A stretch of 64,000 bases of DNA from Eledone cirrhosa (GCA_964016885.1 OZ024751.1:41416001-41480000); one strand, 5' to 3'. Counted from the first letter of the stretch, positions 1 through 13,250 are shown. The notes: generated from the sequence alone by a model not told the origin. A program made the numbers and translations.

Positions 1-691
1 ATTATGCCAAGAAAAATACAACACGAGATAGAATGTAAACGGGTATAGCTATGAGGTCGACGATCTGGTAAAGTTAATAGAATATAGGTTTCGGGCCTGG
101 TCTCTTCTTCGGAAAGATAGACCGAGAGAAAAGACAAGAAGAAAAATATGCAAACAAGATATTTGGCTCATTGATGTTATCCAACCATCTTGCTCTGTGT
201 CTATCTATGGGTCTCCTAATGATTTGTTTTGCTCGTAAGGGCGTGGTTGATGTCACTTGGAGATCCAGTCGGATCAACTGGAGACGGTTGCGTCTGACAG
301 ATTCCACTGGAAGGAGTGTTTGAGGGCTCAGCCCCTCACCCACATCCTCGACAACTCTCTCAGAAATAAGTGGGCAAAGAAGAAGATATTTTAGGAGAGT
401 CCTTAGAGTATTGGACATTTGATGTAGGTCTCTCTGTATTCTGATTTCAAATCTCTTCCTTGCTCACTTTGCCTTTCCTTCTTTCGGAGTCGATAAAGAA
501 AGTATCTGTCCAGTGTTGGTGCAACCTTCTCTCCTGTCAGCTGTGACATCATGGATGTTTCAGTGAATGGAAAGAGGGAGAGTCGAGTGGGTATCTGCGT
601 CTACTTGTGGCTGCATTAGTACAACAAATCTTTAACGAAAAAAGCATGTTAGATACTACCAAGTCGTACTCGATTGCCAGTATTCTTTCTA

Positions 692-722
<31 letters not shown>

Positions 723-786
723 TGTATGTATGTATGTATGTATGTATGTATGTATGTATGTATGTATGTATGTATGTATGTGTGTA

Positions 787-1220
787 TGTTATATCAGAGT
801 TTTCCTTCTCCTAGAATTCTGCCTTGACAAAGGCTAAGGGATCATCTCTCCCGGTGATTTTGGATGGCCATTGACTCTTGATGGTATCCAATGATGTTGA
901 CTTGTTCTTCATTTTGTAAATATCATCTTGGGTTAAGAGAGTGGGACTGGCTTTGTGCAGTGCCTTTGCTCATATAAAAGCTTCACGACACAGGCATTGC
1001 TTTATATCTGGAGATCTATCTGCACTTGTCGTCACATGGAACCATGGGCCCAGCACTATGTGTCAGTAATTGTCACAAGTGTAGTGTTTGTACCAGAGTT
1101 TTCAAGTCGCTAGCTGGACTAAAAAGTCACACTCGTTCAGCGCATCGGTAGGGGTTCTCCTACATGGATATAAAGTAGTGGCTGTACTCGAAAACGAGTT
1201 GGCAGCCACCATGTATGTAT
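787..1220 (+). mobile_element. Non-autonomous RTE-type retroelement with 5' inversion
   Basis: 879-1215 is near-identical to 7573-7910. 787-840 is the reverse complement of 7509-7562. Ends in gcagccacc-(ATGT)n. Confidence 0.7.
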
Positions 1221-1244
1221 GTATATAGTATATATATATATATG

Positions 1245-1427
1245 CAGGGTCGGCTGACCTCGATACTCTCATGGAATGACCAAATGAGGTTTATTTTTCA
1301 ACATAGTCACCGGAAAGAAAGAATGCAGTTACTATTTAGAAGGATTAAAATTAATGCATGTAAGATTTCACAGCTCTAGTATCACGCCTTCATAATCAGC
1401 CTATGAATTTTCCAGCCAACCCGCGAG

Positions 1428-1428
<1 letters not shown>
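1245..1428 (+). mobile_element. Mariner-like MITE, decayed
   Basis: Homologous to 1987-3250 and 60536-60738, with TA flanks. Confidence 0.6.
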
Positions 1429-1458
<30 letters not shown>

Positions 1459-1986
1459 GTGTGTGTGTAACTAAAGTTATCACACACATATATAGATACG
1501 TACAGACACACACACACACATATATATAAATATATATATAGAGAGAGAGGTGGGGGAATGTTGGTGTATTCTAGTATCCAAGTGCGCTCGACTGGAAGTG
1601 GCTGATATTTTTTAGCGTTAATTCAAGCAATATTACATTCACACCTAATACAATATACACAACACTGACAAAATTGAAATTCTTTTGGCGCTAATGCACC
1701 AAACTATTTTGTTACATTGGAATAACCACGTTCTATAAACAATACAATAATTTTTCAAAGAATTCTGTGCGTCTAAAATTTCTTCAAGGAAGAATCTTCT
1801 ATTCCTTTAATTAGGTTTAAATCACGTTCGATACTTCGTCAGTAAAATCGCCATTATTTTTGTTCGTGAAGTAGAGCGGTATGGTGGAATTATGGTTTGT
1901 GAGAGAAAATAATTTGGTGTATTTTCTTCTGAAATATTTTATATTCTGAACTCAAAATTGTCGAGGTACGTTTTGTGTTTCCAGAC

Positions 1987-3250
1987 TACGAGGGTCGTCT
2001 GAAAAGCTCATAGGATGGAACGTTCGTATGCTGACCAAGATATTCTCATGGAATAACCAAATGAGGTTTATTTTTCAACATAGTCCCTGGAAAGAAACAA
2101 TGCAGTTATTGATAGTCCCTGGAAAGAAACAATGCAGTTATTACAGTTATTGATATTCCCTGGAAAGAAACAATGCAGTTATTACAGTTATTGATATTCC
2201 CTGGAAAGAAACAATGCAGTTATTACAGTTATTGATATTCCCTGGAAAGAAACAATGCAGTTATTACAGTTATTGATAGTCCCTGGAAAAAAACAATGCA
2301 GTTATTACAGTTATTGATAGTCCCTGGAAAGAAACAATGCAGTTATTACAGTTATTGATAGTCCCTGGAAAGAAACAATGCAGTTATTACAGTTATTGAT
2401 ATTCCCTGGAAAGAAACAATGCAGTTATTACAGTTATTGATAGTCCCTGGAAAGAAACAATGCAGTTATTACAGTTATTGATATTCCCTGGAAAGAAACA
2501 ATGCAGTTATTACAGTTATTGATAGTCCCTGGAAAGAAACAATGCAGTTATTACAGTTATTGATAGTCCCTGGAAAGAAACAATGCAGTTATTACAGTTA
2601 TTGATATTCCCTGGAAAGAAACAATGCAGTTATTACAGTTATTGATAGTCCCTGGAAAGAAACAATGCAGTTATTACAGTTATTGATAGTCCCTGGAAAG
2701 AAACAATGCAGTTATTACAGTTATTGATAGTCCCTGGAAAGAAACAATGCAGTTATTACAGTTATTGATATTCCCTGGAAAGAAACAATGCAGTTATTAC
2801 AGTTATTGATAGTCCCTGGAAAGAAACAATGCAGTTATTACAGTTATTGATAGTCCCTGGAAAGAAACAATGCAGTTATTACAGTTATTGATATTCCCTG
2901 GAAAGAAACAATGCAGTTATTACAGTTATTGATAGTCCCTGGAAAGAAACAATGCAGTTATTACAGTTATTGATAGTCCCTGGAAAGAAACAATGCAGTT
3001 ATTACAGTTATTGATAGTCCCTGGAAAGAAACAATGCAGTTATTACAGTTATTGATAGTCCCTGGAAAGAAACAATGCAGTTATTACAGTTATTGATAGT
3101 CCCTGGAAAGAAACAATGCAGTTATTACAGTTATTGATAGTCCCTGGAAAGAAACAATGCAGTTATTACAGTTATTGATAAGAAGACTTAAAATTAATGA
3201 ACGGAAGATTTCACAGCACTAGCGTCACTCCTTCATAGTCAAACTTCGTA
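1987..3250 (+). mobile_element. Mariner-like MITE hosting a minisatellite
   Basis: Starts TA-CGAGGGTCGTCTGAAAAG and ends ...cttcg-TA. Interior matches the other two copies on both sides of the array. Confidence 0.7.
2111..3180. repeat. 41-bp minisatellite, 26 copies
   Basis: Unit gata(g/t)tccctggaaagaaacaatgcagttattacagttatt. 2111 + 26 x 41 = 3177. Confidence 0.97.
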
Positions 3251-3869
3251 TTTTATATTCTAGTCTTAGGATAATTATTTCCAACATATGAACTCTTAAC
3301 AAGCTGTACTGTATGAAACTGTATTAGCAAGACATTCTTGTAAAATACAAAACAGCATTATAACTGCATTATATTAACCATTTGAGTCTTTAGTTTAATA
3401 CAGCAAATATCCACAGCAATCTATCTACTAAAACACCCGTACCAGTCAAGTACTGGGGTCGATTCTTCTTCTATATCTCTTTCTCTCTCACTTTCTAATC
3501 TTCTCTGGAAGAAATCTACTATATTCAGATCTGGAGAAAGGGAGATGGGTTCCGTCAGGTTTAAAATGCGTTAGAAACATCAATACATCTCCCCTACAAC
3601 TCCCCCAGGGGTTACGGTAGCATATTATACTATACCATACCATACATGTAAAATAGCGTGTAAGAAAAATAAGTATCGTCTTTGTAGGTTCGGGTTAGAG
3701 TTAGGCTTACACGCCTCTCTATATATGCATATATAGTTTCATCCATTAGACAAATAATACTGTTATTGAAATCTCAATAAATAATCAGTAACCACAACAA
3801 TCGGTTGAATATTTGTTTTAGAAGATGGTATGTTTGGTTTATGTGTGAGAAAGAATGAGAAGGGCGCAC

Positions 3870-3912
<43 letters not shown>

Positions 3913-3913
3913 C

Positions 3914-3944
<31 letters not shown>

Positions 3945-4125
3945 CACATATATATGCGCAAATGCACACGCAAACACACACATACCAACATATATACATA
4001 CACACATAAACACACATATATATATTCACAAACCTACACAAACACTCACAATCACACACACAAAATCACATGCACAAACACACACAAACACTTAAATACA
4101 CACACACACACACAAACACTTAAAT

Positions 4126-4156
<31 letters not shown>

Positions 4157-5833
4157 CAGAGAAACACAAAAGCCGTGTCCCTGCTTGTGTGAAATATCGC
4201 GGCCATATTGTAATAATCATTATATATTGTGATTAAAGTCTCCTTTAGGGCAATTTATATTTCTAACAGATGAGTGTCTTTAATGATTGGTTCATATAAT
4301 TACAGTAAATAACAAAATACTTAAGAGATGCAACTGCCATATCAGCCTCCGTCTAAACTAATGATAATTGATGTTTAATTCCACTCAGTCGACTTGAAGC
4401 CAATTTTCGTTTAACGTATGAATGTCAGGTGAACAACTGATACGAGAAAATCAAAGTGATAGCAATAGTTAATATTAGAGCAGGCCTTTGGAGTGGGAGA
4501 TATAGTGGAGTTAGTATCGAAATATTTATATATTGAATTTCGTTCTCAGCTCAAATCCCATCCAGGGCCACACATACGAGATCAGTCGTTTATAGTTTAC
4601 TTCAATGATAGCAATATTTAATATTAGAGCAGGCCTGTAGAGTGGGAGATATAGTCGTGTTAGTGTCGGAATATTTATATATTTATATATTTAATTTCGT
4701 TCTCAGTTCAAATCCCACCCAGGGCCAAACACTTCCCCTCTCTTTCACCTCCTCTTGAAGAAATAGGCTGTATCCAGATCTGGAAAGGGATTGGCTTCGT
4801 CAGGTTTAAAATGCCCAAGACACGTCGTCTGTAACTATGGTAGCCCTAAGATTCAATCAATAGTTAAGGGCCTGTATATTCATATATATTAATTAAGATA
4901 AATTGTGATCTACTGTCTGTCCTACTTTTTTCTCTTAATTATTGCAAATAGCATTTGATAGACTAATTCCTAATTTCTAGAATTTGTGTTTTCATTGAAA
5001 ATCGCTAACATTAGCGAACACATTTGTATTTTCCTTCTTTGGTTAAGAGGAAAATTCCAGTTAACTGGAAATACTTTGTATACGGTATTCAAAACTTGAT
5101 AATTTAACTTAATTACTTAAATTTATATCATTGTCTCATTTGTGGTATATTCGTAAGCATAGTAAAAACTATCTTTCATATAATGAGTTCCAGATCTTCT
5201 TTGATAAAGTGGGTAACTAACAATTCCCTAAGTAGCTAATTCCTTGGTCAGTCTTTTCAACACGCTTCTCAGCATTATCTTCTTTGAGACAAATGTTGTT
5301 TCAAAGACTCTTTAAATCATACAACTAAATAGCTTTCAATGGTTCTGGATCCTTCCATGGAATCTCCACAAAACAAACATATTTCTGTGTAAATTTTAAT
5401 CTTGTTACTTGATGTTTAGCGTCGTATCAGCATACGGAAGGCTTCTCATCTAGAATTCCATTTACTAAACTAAGACTTTGAATTGTTAAGTACATTCCTC
5501 TTTATATACTGTCTTTTAAAAGCTCCATTAATTTCAAATTGAATGTAATAAAAAGGAAGCCTTTTCAATACAGTGGGTTTTAAGGAATCTCAAACTCTGG
5601 AACACATCCAGATTAGTTTGGACTACATGTGAATGTCAGAAACATATAGTTTCCTATAACGGTGAACAACGCTCATAGAGTTTAAAATTGTTTGTTGTAG
5701 AAGCTAAGCTCTCCATTTAAAGGAATATGGACGTACTGTAAATCTACCAATATGACTATTTGTTTTATCATATTGAATTTGGTTCGTAATATTCTGCTCT
5801 TAATTTTAGCTGATTCTTTCGAATCCATTAAAG

Positions 5834-5870
5834 CAGTGGTTCCCAACCTTTTGTGCCTCATGCCCCACCT
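5834..5870 (+). mobile_element. hAT (Charlie-like) terminus fragment
   Basis: CAGTGGTTCCCAACCTTTT is a typical hAT TIR start. The partner end was not found. Confidence 0.4.
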
Positions 5871-6275
5871 CGACATCTCAAAAATGTTCATTAGCCTTTC
5901 GATATGAAAACAGAGATGATCAACTGCAAAGTGTAAATAAATTAGCGTTCTGCCTAGGGGAGGTGGGGGGGGGGTCTTGTACTATCAGTCGCTTGATGCC
6001 ACAGAAACTGGGATACACGCCGGCCTGATGAACCTTCGAGATCGAGACAGACTTTAGATTTTTTCTTTTTTTTTTATAATACCAATATTAACTTTTGTTT
6101 GTTAGTTTTCTCAGGCTGTAAACAAGCCAGAAATACAGACAAGGTCTTGCAGTTTATGTGAATCAGCCGATAAATTAAAAGTGACAGTCTTTTTTTACTC
6201 ACTATCACGATATGAAAGTCTACGTTTGAAATAAGATTGTCAATGTTTTACCTACACAATTGTAATTATCAAAAT

Positions 6276-6330
<55 letters not shown>

Positions 6331-6570
6331 GTAGGAGGTGAGTTTTATTGTAGTACAATAAAGCAATGCAGATAAAAGCTATCTCTCTCTCTCTATCATC
6401 CTTCCTCATTATACTCCTCCCTCTCCACTTTTTACTCTCATCTCCTCCTCTTTTTCATCCTTTCCACCCCCCACAAAATTTTTTTCCCAATATCACACAT
6501 CAATCTAAAACTACTTTTCATATGTTGATTTAAAACTGCACTATTCACAAGTGTGTTTTAACCTTCATAT

Positions 6571-6655
6571 CATGTCTCCCTATTTTATCTGACGAAAACG
6601 CAAATGTTATTGCATGATGATATTTGTTTTTGAAATGCGCATAATAAAATACATG
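6571..6655 (+). ncRNA. Minimal type I hammerhead ribozyme (Penelope-like pLTR type)
   Basis: TATTTTAT-CTGACGA(6589-6595)-long stem II-GAAA(6632-6635)-T GCGC A-TA then ATAAAATA. 8-bp stem I, palindromic GCGC loop III, predicted cleavage after 6643. Confidence 0.8.
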
Positions 6656-6688
6656 GAACTCTTTTAACCATCTTTTGATCTTATATAT

Positions 6689-6755
<67 letters not shown>

Positions 6756-6757
<2 letters not shown>

Positions 6758-7080
6758 CAGTAGACCTCATGTAGATTATGATCTGAAAAGATGTAAGGAA
6801 TGTGACAAAGACTGTGTTAGCATGGGAGGTCTCAAAAGACACATGAGAACACACAGCCAGAACAAAGCAATGGAAAGTCACGGAGGAGACCACAGTTGCC
6901 ATATATATACCAGAGGGTGCAAGTCTTTGGCTGGTTTAAAGAGCCACATTCGTCCCTCACATTTTTGAGCATTTTATCAGGGGATGGCAATGTTCGAACA
7001 CGAGTTTGCAGCCATCATGTATGTATGCCTGTATGTATTTATGTGTGTGTATGTATGTATGTATGTATGTATGTATGTAT
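6756..7080 (+). mobile_element. 3' end of an RTE-clade-like LINE (C-terminal C2H2 fingers, short 3' UTR, (ATGT)n tail)
   Basis: CKECDKDCVSMGGLKRHMRTH and decayed CHIYTRGCKSLAGLKSHIR, then tcgaacacgagtttgcagccatc-(ATGT)n. Confidence 0.65.
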
Positions 7081-7199
7081 ATACACATGCACATGTGTGT
7101 ATATGTATATGTGTATATGCATGGGTGGATGTGTATCTATATGCGCGGGGACATAGAAATAGTCGCGCTGGACACCCGATCGCGCGGTTAAACCACTAG

Positions 7200-7500
7200 G
7201 AGTGAAGGACCCCTAGCGTTTGTCAGGGCATTCTTCTAGGAGAAGGTAACTCAGGAAACTGGGATAACTCCGATATAAAACCTGCGGCTCAGTAGTTACC
7301 GATGATATTGATCTTTTCTTCTTTTCGGGTTATAGCTACAGTCGCTCAGAGTGTGGGATTGGCTCAGTGCACAGTCTTTCTTCACTTTAAAAATATCTTC
7401 ACGCACAGGCATTGCATGATGGAATTAATTAATAATTATTAATAATGGTATATCATGCAATGGCCATACTCGATAACGAGGGGGCAACCATCAACATGTA
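7200..7500 (+). mobile_element. Older diverged relative of the non-autonomous RTE-type element
   Basis: Colinear similarity to 7505-7910 (ctaggagaagg, gtgggattggct, cacaggcattgc, tactcgataacgag). Confidence 0.6.
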
Positions 7501-7504
7501 GGTA

Positions 7505-7915
7505 TGACCCCTTAGCCTTTGTCAAGGCAGAATTCTAGGAGAAGAAAAACTCTGATATAACACCTGCAACCCTGATGGTATCCAATGATGTTGACTTGTT
7601 CTTCTTTTTGGTAAATATCATCTTGGTTAAGAGAGTGGGACTGGCTTTGTGCAGTGCCTTTGCTCACTATAAAAGCTTCACGGCACAGGCATTGCTTTAT
7701 ATCTGGAGATCTCTCTGCACTTGTCGTCACATGGTACCATGGGCCCAGCACTATGTGTCAATAATTGTCACAAGTGTAGTGTTTGTACCAGAGTTTTCAA
7801 GTCGCTGGCTGGACTAAAAAGTCACACTCGTTCAGCGCATCGGTAGGGGTTCTCCTACATGGATATAAAGTAGTGGCCGTACTCGAAAACGAGTTGGCAG
7901 CCACCATGTATTTAT
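7505..7915 (+). mobile_element. Non-autonomous RTE-type retroelement, colinear copy
   Basis: 5' ctaggagaagaaaaactctgat motif. 3' end matches the LINE tail at 6993-7025. Confidence 0.7.
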
Positions 7916-8432
7916 GTGTATAAGTATATATGTATTTGTGTGTGTGAATGTGTGTGTATTTTCAGCGTTTTCAATTCCAGTACAAATTATATTCATTTTA
8001 CTTTCTTTCTTTGTATTTTGTCTGCTTTGTTTTTCACTTCAACACCCTTCTGTCTGTTATTGATAATTTCTGTTGGTACATTGTTTCTCCTGATATCCTA
8101 TTATCCCAGTTTGACGTAAGACATTTGATGTGTGTATATTCGTTTCGTGTGATCTTTATTCCCTAGTAGCTACAGCTTTGTAAGCTATTGATACAACAGT
8201 AGATCCTTCACCACCCTAGCATCGAAACCGCATAACGTAATCTATAGTATGTAGGTGAAGAAGCGAGCATTGTTTCGTCTGTTGTCTCCACGTGTCTATG
8301 TTTCATGTATGTTTGTAATTGTGTCCTCTTTGTGTTGTTTTTACTGATAGTCGAACCATCATTGAGCTTGAAATATTGTTGGCATGACTTTATTCATTCG
8401 AAATTATATCCTTTATATATGTATATGTATAC

Positions 8433-8538
<106 letters not shown>

Positions 8539-8696
8539 GTACATATATATACAAATATGTATGTAGAGTAATTTCTTAAGTATTTATGTCTACACGCACA
8601 CACACACATGTATATATATATAAATATGTACGTACATATATATACAAATATGTATGTAGGTATATACACACATACACACATATACGTATATGTATG

Positions 8697-8754
<58 letters not shown>

Positions 8755-9424
8755 ATATTATATATATATATACACACACATATATATGTATGTATGTGTG
8801 TATGTGTGTCTGTGTTTGTGTGTAAACATTAACTTCTACCTCTAATATTATTAACGCTACTCCAAACTTTTCAATACCATTTAGCAGCGCTACTGTTTAC
8901 TTTGTAAGTCAACAATTCAGTGAAGTGTTTAGATACAACAGAATAGACTTCATAGTTTGAAAGACATATTTCAGTCTGCATTATAAATACCTCCTCCTTA
9001 AGACATATTTTACTAAAATACCTCTCTGTTTGTATGCATACAGATACGTGTGTAGGCTGCTCTTGTGAACGTATGTGTATATATATATATGAGGTATATA
9101 AATACGAACACATTCTATAGAAACAAGTGGCAAATAAATACAAACACCCCAGACTTATTAACGCCTTTGAGGCCAACCCGTTCAAAACCGTCCCTGGTTC
9201 TTCGATACAGAACTGTTTATTTTAAAGTGTTTATATTTACCTGAAATCTAAAAGTCTACCACCATAATTTCATATTAGAGCATTTGTTATGTTAACGCCA
9301 GCTTAATAAGGAGAAATTTTGCCATCTTACTAAAATCTTCCAAATTATTAGATATTTTCAATCTTTTTAAATTTTTTTTTACAAACCATAGGCAGTGTTT
9401 TTATTAGATCTCTGGTCACGAAAG

Positions 9425-9750
9425 TGAAGGCGCCAGGTTTAATGGTTAGAGCGTTGAGTTCACATTCCTATGGTTGTGGGTTCGAATCCCTGAATGGGTG
9501 ATGCGTGGTGTTCTTGAGCAAAACATTTTATTTAACATTGATCCAGTTTACTCAGTTGTAGGAATGAGTTGCACCGTCATTGGTGGCAAGCTGTATCGGT
9601 CATTGCCTTCCACTCGGACAATATTGGTGGCGAGGAGAGGGGAAACTGGTGGTCTTCCACAAACATACCTTGCCCAGGCTTGTACCTCGGGGGAGAACTT
9701 TCTAGGTGCAAAACCATGGTCATTCGTGACCGAATGGGTGGGGGTGGGGC
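9425..9750 (+). mobile_element. tRNA-derived SINE family B (CORE-like central domain)
   Basis: A/B-box-like head (aatggttagagc...ggttcgaatcc) then gttcttgagcaaaacattttattt. Confidence 0.75.
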
Positions 9751-9837
9751 TCTACGGTGATAAAAAGTTGAATAATGGTCTTAACTAGTAATGTCTTCAT
9801 TTCTCTTTCCCTCTCTTTCTCTTCCCCACTCTATCTG

Positions 9838-9881
<44 letters not shown>

Positions 9882-9885
<4 letters not shown>

Positions 9886-10084
9886 CGAAGGAAATGTGGT
9901 AAGGAACCAGGTGGACCATAACGCACCAAAGTACTCAATACTTAGGGTAGTAGAGTGGGTAATAGGAACGAGTAGGACCCCGACGGCTGAGCTCAAGCCG
10001 TTTCGACGGCTAATTCTGGACTAAATTTAGTCCAGAATTAGCCGTCGAAACGGCTTGAGCTCAGCCGTCGGGGTCCTACTCGTT

Positions 10085-10089
<5 letters not shown>
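9882..10089. mobile_element. Fold-back (TA)n-embedded cassette carrying the 3' half of a hammerhead (putative Penelope-like pLTR end)
   Basis: About 140-bp unit plus a perfect palindrome at 9962-10089. GAAA-CGGCT tgagctc AGCCG-TC at 10047-10069. Near-identical copies at 20613-21023, 26963-27066 and 62367-62507. Confidence 0.75.
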
Positions 10090-10141
<52 letters not shown>

Positions 10142-11124
10142 TTTTTTGAAATCCTCTGTTATGTCTTGATGATATTCCTGGTGATTTCATACGAATGAAA
10201 CAGTTCTAGTCCTGTAGAAGTCCTTTCTATATACTAGAGATATTTATTCTCTATCTACATATTTTGTACCTTATTTAACTGACTTTTTTTTCCCGTTTTC
10301 CTTCGAGATATCACCCATGATTATGTATGTATATATGTCTCCCTGTCTGTCTGTATGTATGTGTGTGTGTGTATCTCTGTATGTCTGTATGTATATGTGT
10401 GTATAAAACTTCAGAAGCCATGATACGGTTAAACATTCAAATTAAGGCTTATCTGTTGGTGTTTTTTTTTTTTTTTACAATTTTTAAGTTAAATTCTTTT
10501 TTTCTGTCGTTATAACAAAGAAAGAAAGAAACAAAAAAAAACTTAAAAAAAAAAAAAAAAAAACCCACAAAAGCTGAAATGACAAAAGAATTTCTTTAAC
10601 AATAATATTTCAAAAATACAATTTTCTTCAAGTCTTCAAGACTGAAATGTATAATGACATATTAATAGCAATTCTTCATTTGTAAGTGTTCTTTATCTGA
10701 CCAGCTCCAGGCCATCGGCGTAACAGGTAACTTAGAATATGATATAATAGAAGAAATATACTTATATAGTAATAATAAACCAGCTAGTTCAATTTCAGGA
10801 GAATATGATTTTTGATGAAGTTAAAAATGATTTAAAGGAAATATTTTAAACTTTTTAGTCAAGATGATGTTTTTTTTAGTTTTAGTTTTATTTTATTTCT
10901 TCAAATATTTCTTTGTTATTTTAACACCAACCAAGATAGTTTAGTCTATAAATACACAAGGGACAACTGAATCGATTATATATAATAGAGAAAACATTAA
11001 ATTCGTTTGTATGATATGAACAAAACCTATTTTTAGTTTGTCGAATAACTACGAGAGGCGGTTGAAAAGTTCTTAGTCTGCTACACTATGAAGGAGTTAT
11101 GCTAGAGCTGTGGAATCTTGCGTA

Positions 11125-11432
11125 AAGAGCAACTTGAAATGAAATGTCTTGGTCAAGAACATAACGCACATAACGCATCGCCCGCTCCGGGATTCGAACT
11201 AACAACCTCACGATTAGGAATCCAACTCCTTGCATAGACAGCAACGTGAAATAAAGTGTCTTGGTGAAGAACATAACGCATCGCTCGCTCCGGGAATCGA
11301 ACTCACAACCTCACGATTAGGAATCCAACTCCTTGCATAGACAGCAACGTGAAATAAAGTGTCTTGGTGAAGAACATAACGCATCGCTCGCTCCGGGAAT
11401 CGAACTCACAACCTCACGATTAGGAATCCAAC
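11125..11432 (-). mobile_element. Three tandem 104-bp pieces of SINE family B
   Basis: gcaacgtgaaataaagtgtcttggtgaagaac repeats at 11241 and 11345, with a variant at about 11149. Confidence 0.8.
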
Positions 11433-11675
11433 TAAATAATATTAAAATTAATAACATTAAAATCTGTGAAAGTTTTACTAATATAGAAATACTGAATGAA
11501 AGTGCTCACCAAATAACTTATTGATATTTGTTTCCTCGTTAACCGTATACATTTTGTTCTTGCGTTTTATTCAAAACACCTTAAAAACGTTAAAATCATA
11601 GTTCATTACTTTGTCCAAATACGCGAAATGATTGTAAAATGTTCTCCTTTTTCGTCAATTTTCGTTATATATATA

Positions 11676-11733
<58 letters not shown>

Positions 11734-12245
11734 TTGGTTTGCTCAATTGTATAGAATCTCGAGATCAACAAAGGATTTAAAATTTTATATAATATTTCGT
11801 AGTTTAGTTAATTTACAAACTCACCATGATTTATGATGTTTACTAGAATTATGAAAGGTTGTTTGCTAGTTGGATTCTTTTCATTTTCATAAATTAATAT
11901 TAATAACAAGCTTACATATTTGATCAGCTTGTAATAGAAATTCATAGGGGTATATATTTTTCTTAATAGATTTTTCTTATTTGAGAATACCTTCTGAACA
12001 AATCTACAAAATATATATTTTTCATTAGTGCATCTTTAATTGTTATACAGATTTCTGCATAACACGAGAGTGTTATTGAATTTTGAAACTGGTAAATTAT
12101 TATCATAATGATTATCACTATGATGTTCATCTATTTTAGACTCTTTAGAAGAAGTCGTACTAGCGCCATTAAAGAAGTCTTTGTGAAGAATAACATGACC
12201 AATAAATGATGATACATTACATTTTCTACATGAAAATGTATAGGG

Positions 12246-13250
12246 ATGAAAATATATATAGATTAAAATATATATAGATTAATATATATATAGATTAAAA
12301 TATATATAGATTAAAATATATATAGATTAATATATATATAGATTAAAATATATATAGATTAAAATATATATAGATTAATATATATATAGATTAAAATATA
12401 TATAGATTAAAATATATATAGATTAAAATATATATAGATTAATATATATATAGATTAAAATATATATAGATTAAAATATATATAGATTAATATATATATA
12501 GATTAAAATATATATAGATTAAAATATATATAGATTAATATATATATAGATTAAAATATATATAGATTAAAATATATATAGATTAAAATATATATAGATT
12601 AATATATATATAGATTAAAATATATATAGATTAAAATATATATAGATTAATATATATATAGATTAAAATATATATAGATTAAAATATATATAGATTAATA
12701 TATATATAGATTAAAATATATATAGATTAAAATATATATAGATTAAAATATATATAGATTAAAATATATATAGATTAAAATATATATAGATTAATATATA
12801 TATAGATTAAAATATATATAGATTAAAATATATATAGATTAATATATATATAGATTAAAATATATATAGATTAAAATATATATAGATTAATATATATATA
12901 GATTAAAATATATATAGATTAAAATATATATAGATTAAAATATATATAGATTAATATATATATAGATTAAAATATATATAGATTAAAATATATATAGATT
13001 AAAATATACTATATATAGAGTTATAAACTCAAACAGTCTTTTACAATTAAATAGCTCAAAGAAAGAGATATTTCTGAGCCGTGAAATACAAATGAGTATA
13101 TGATAAACACTAATACAATAGATTAAAATATATATAGATTAAAATATATATATAGATTAATATATATATATAGATGAAAATATATATAGATTAATATATA
13201 TATAGATTAAAATATATATAGGTGAAAATATATAAAGATTAATATATATC
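12246..13250. repeat. 16/18-bp AT-rich minisatellite gatta(a/ta)atatatata
   Basis: Tandem array at 12246-13010 resumes at 13120-13250 after a unique insert of about 110 bp. Confidence 0.95.

Noticed and set aside
74-418. 114-aa minus-strand ORF in non-repetitive-looking sequence
   Set aside because: No recognisable motif or splice context. It may be a transposon fragment but cannot be assigned.
2111-3180. CRISPR-like appearance of the 41-bp and 47-bp arrays
   Set aside because: Units are contiguous with no unique spacers, there are no cas genes, and the context is eukaryotic.
5050-5700. Possible decayed coding sequence on the minus strand
   Set aside because: Multiple stops and no motif I can identify with confidence.
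6020-6055. CTGATGA or CTGAAGA motifs at about 6025, 38551, 41751 and 47399
   Set aside because: They lie in SINE tails or Tc1 sequence and lack a correctly placed GAAA, NUH and stem I, so they are not counted as hammerheads.
6675-6968. Host C2H2 zinc-finger gene
   Set aside because: No TGEKP linkers, the second finger is decayed, and it is followed directly by a retroelement 3' end and tail. Better explained as a LINE C-terminus.
9425-9500. tRNA gene-like A and B boxes
   Set aside because: They are heads of repeated SINEs and do not form a full cloverleaf.
10140-10215. Degenerate hammerhead-like strings at about 10149 (TTGATGA...GAAACAGTTCTA), about 15310-15340 (-) and about 24660-24710
   Set aside because: Core or stems are too damaged to support a call by eye.
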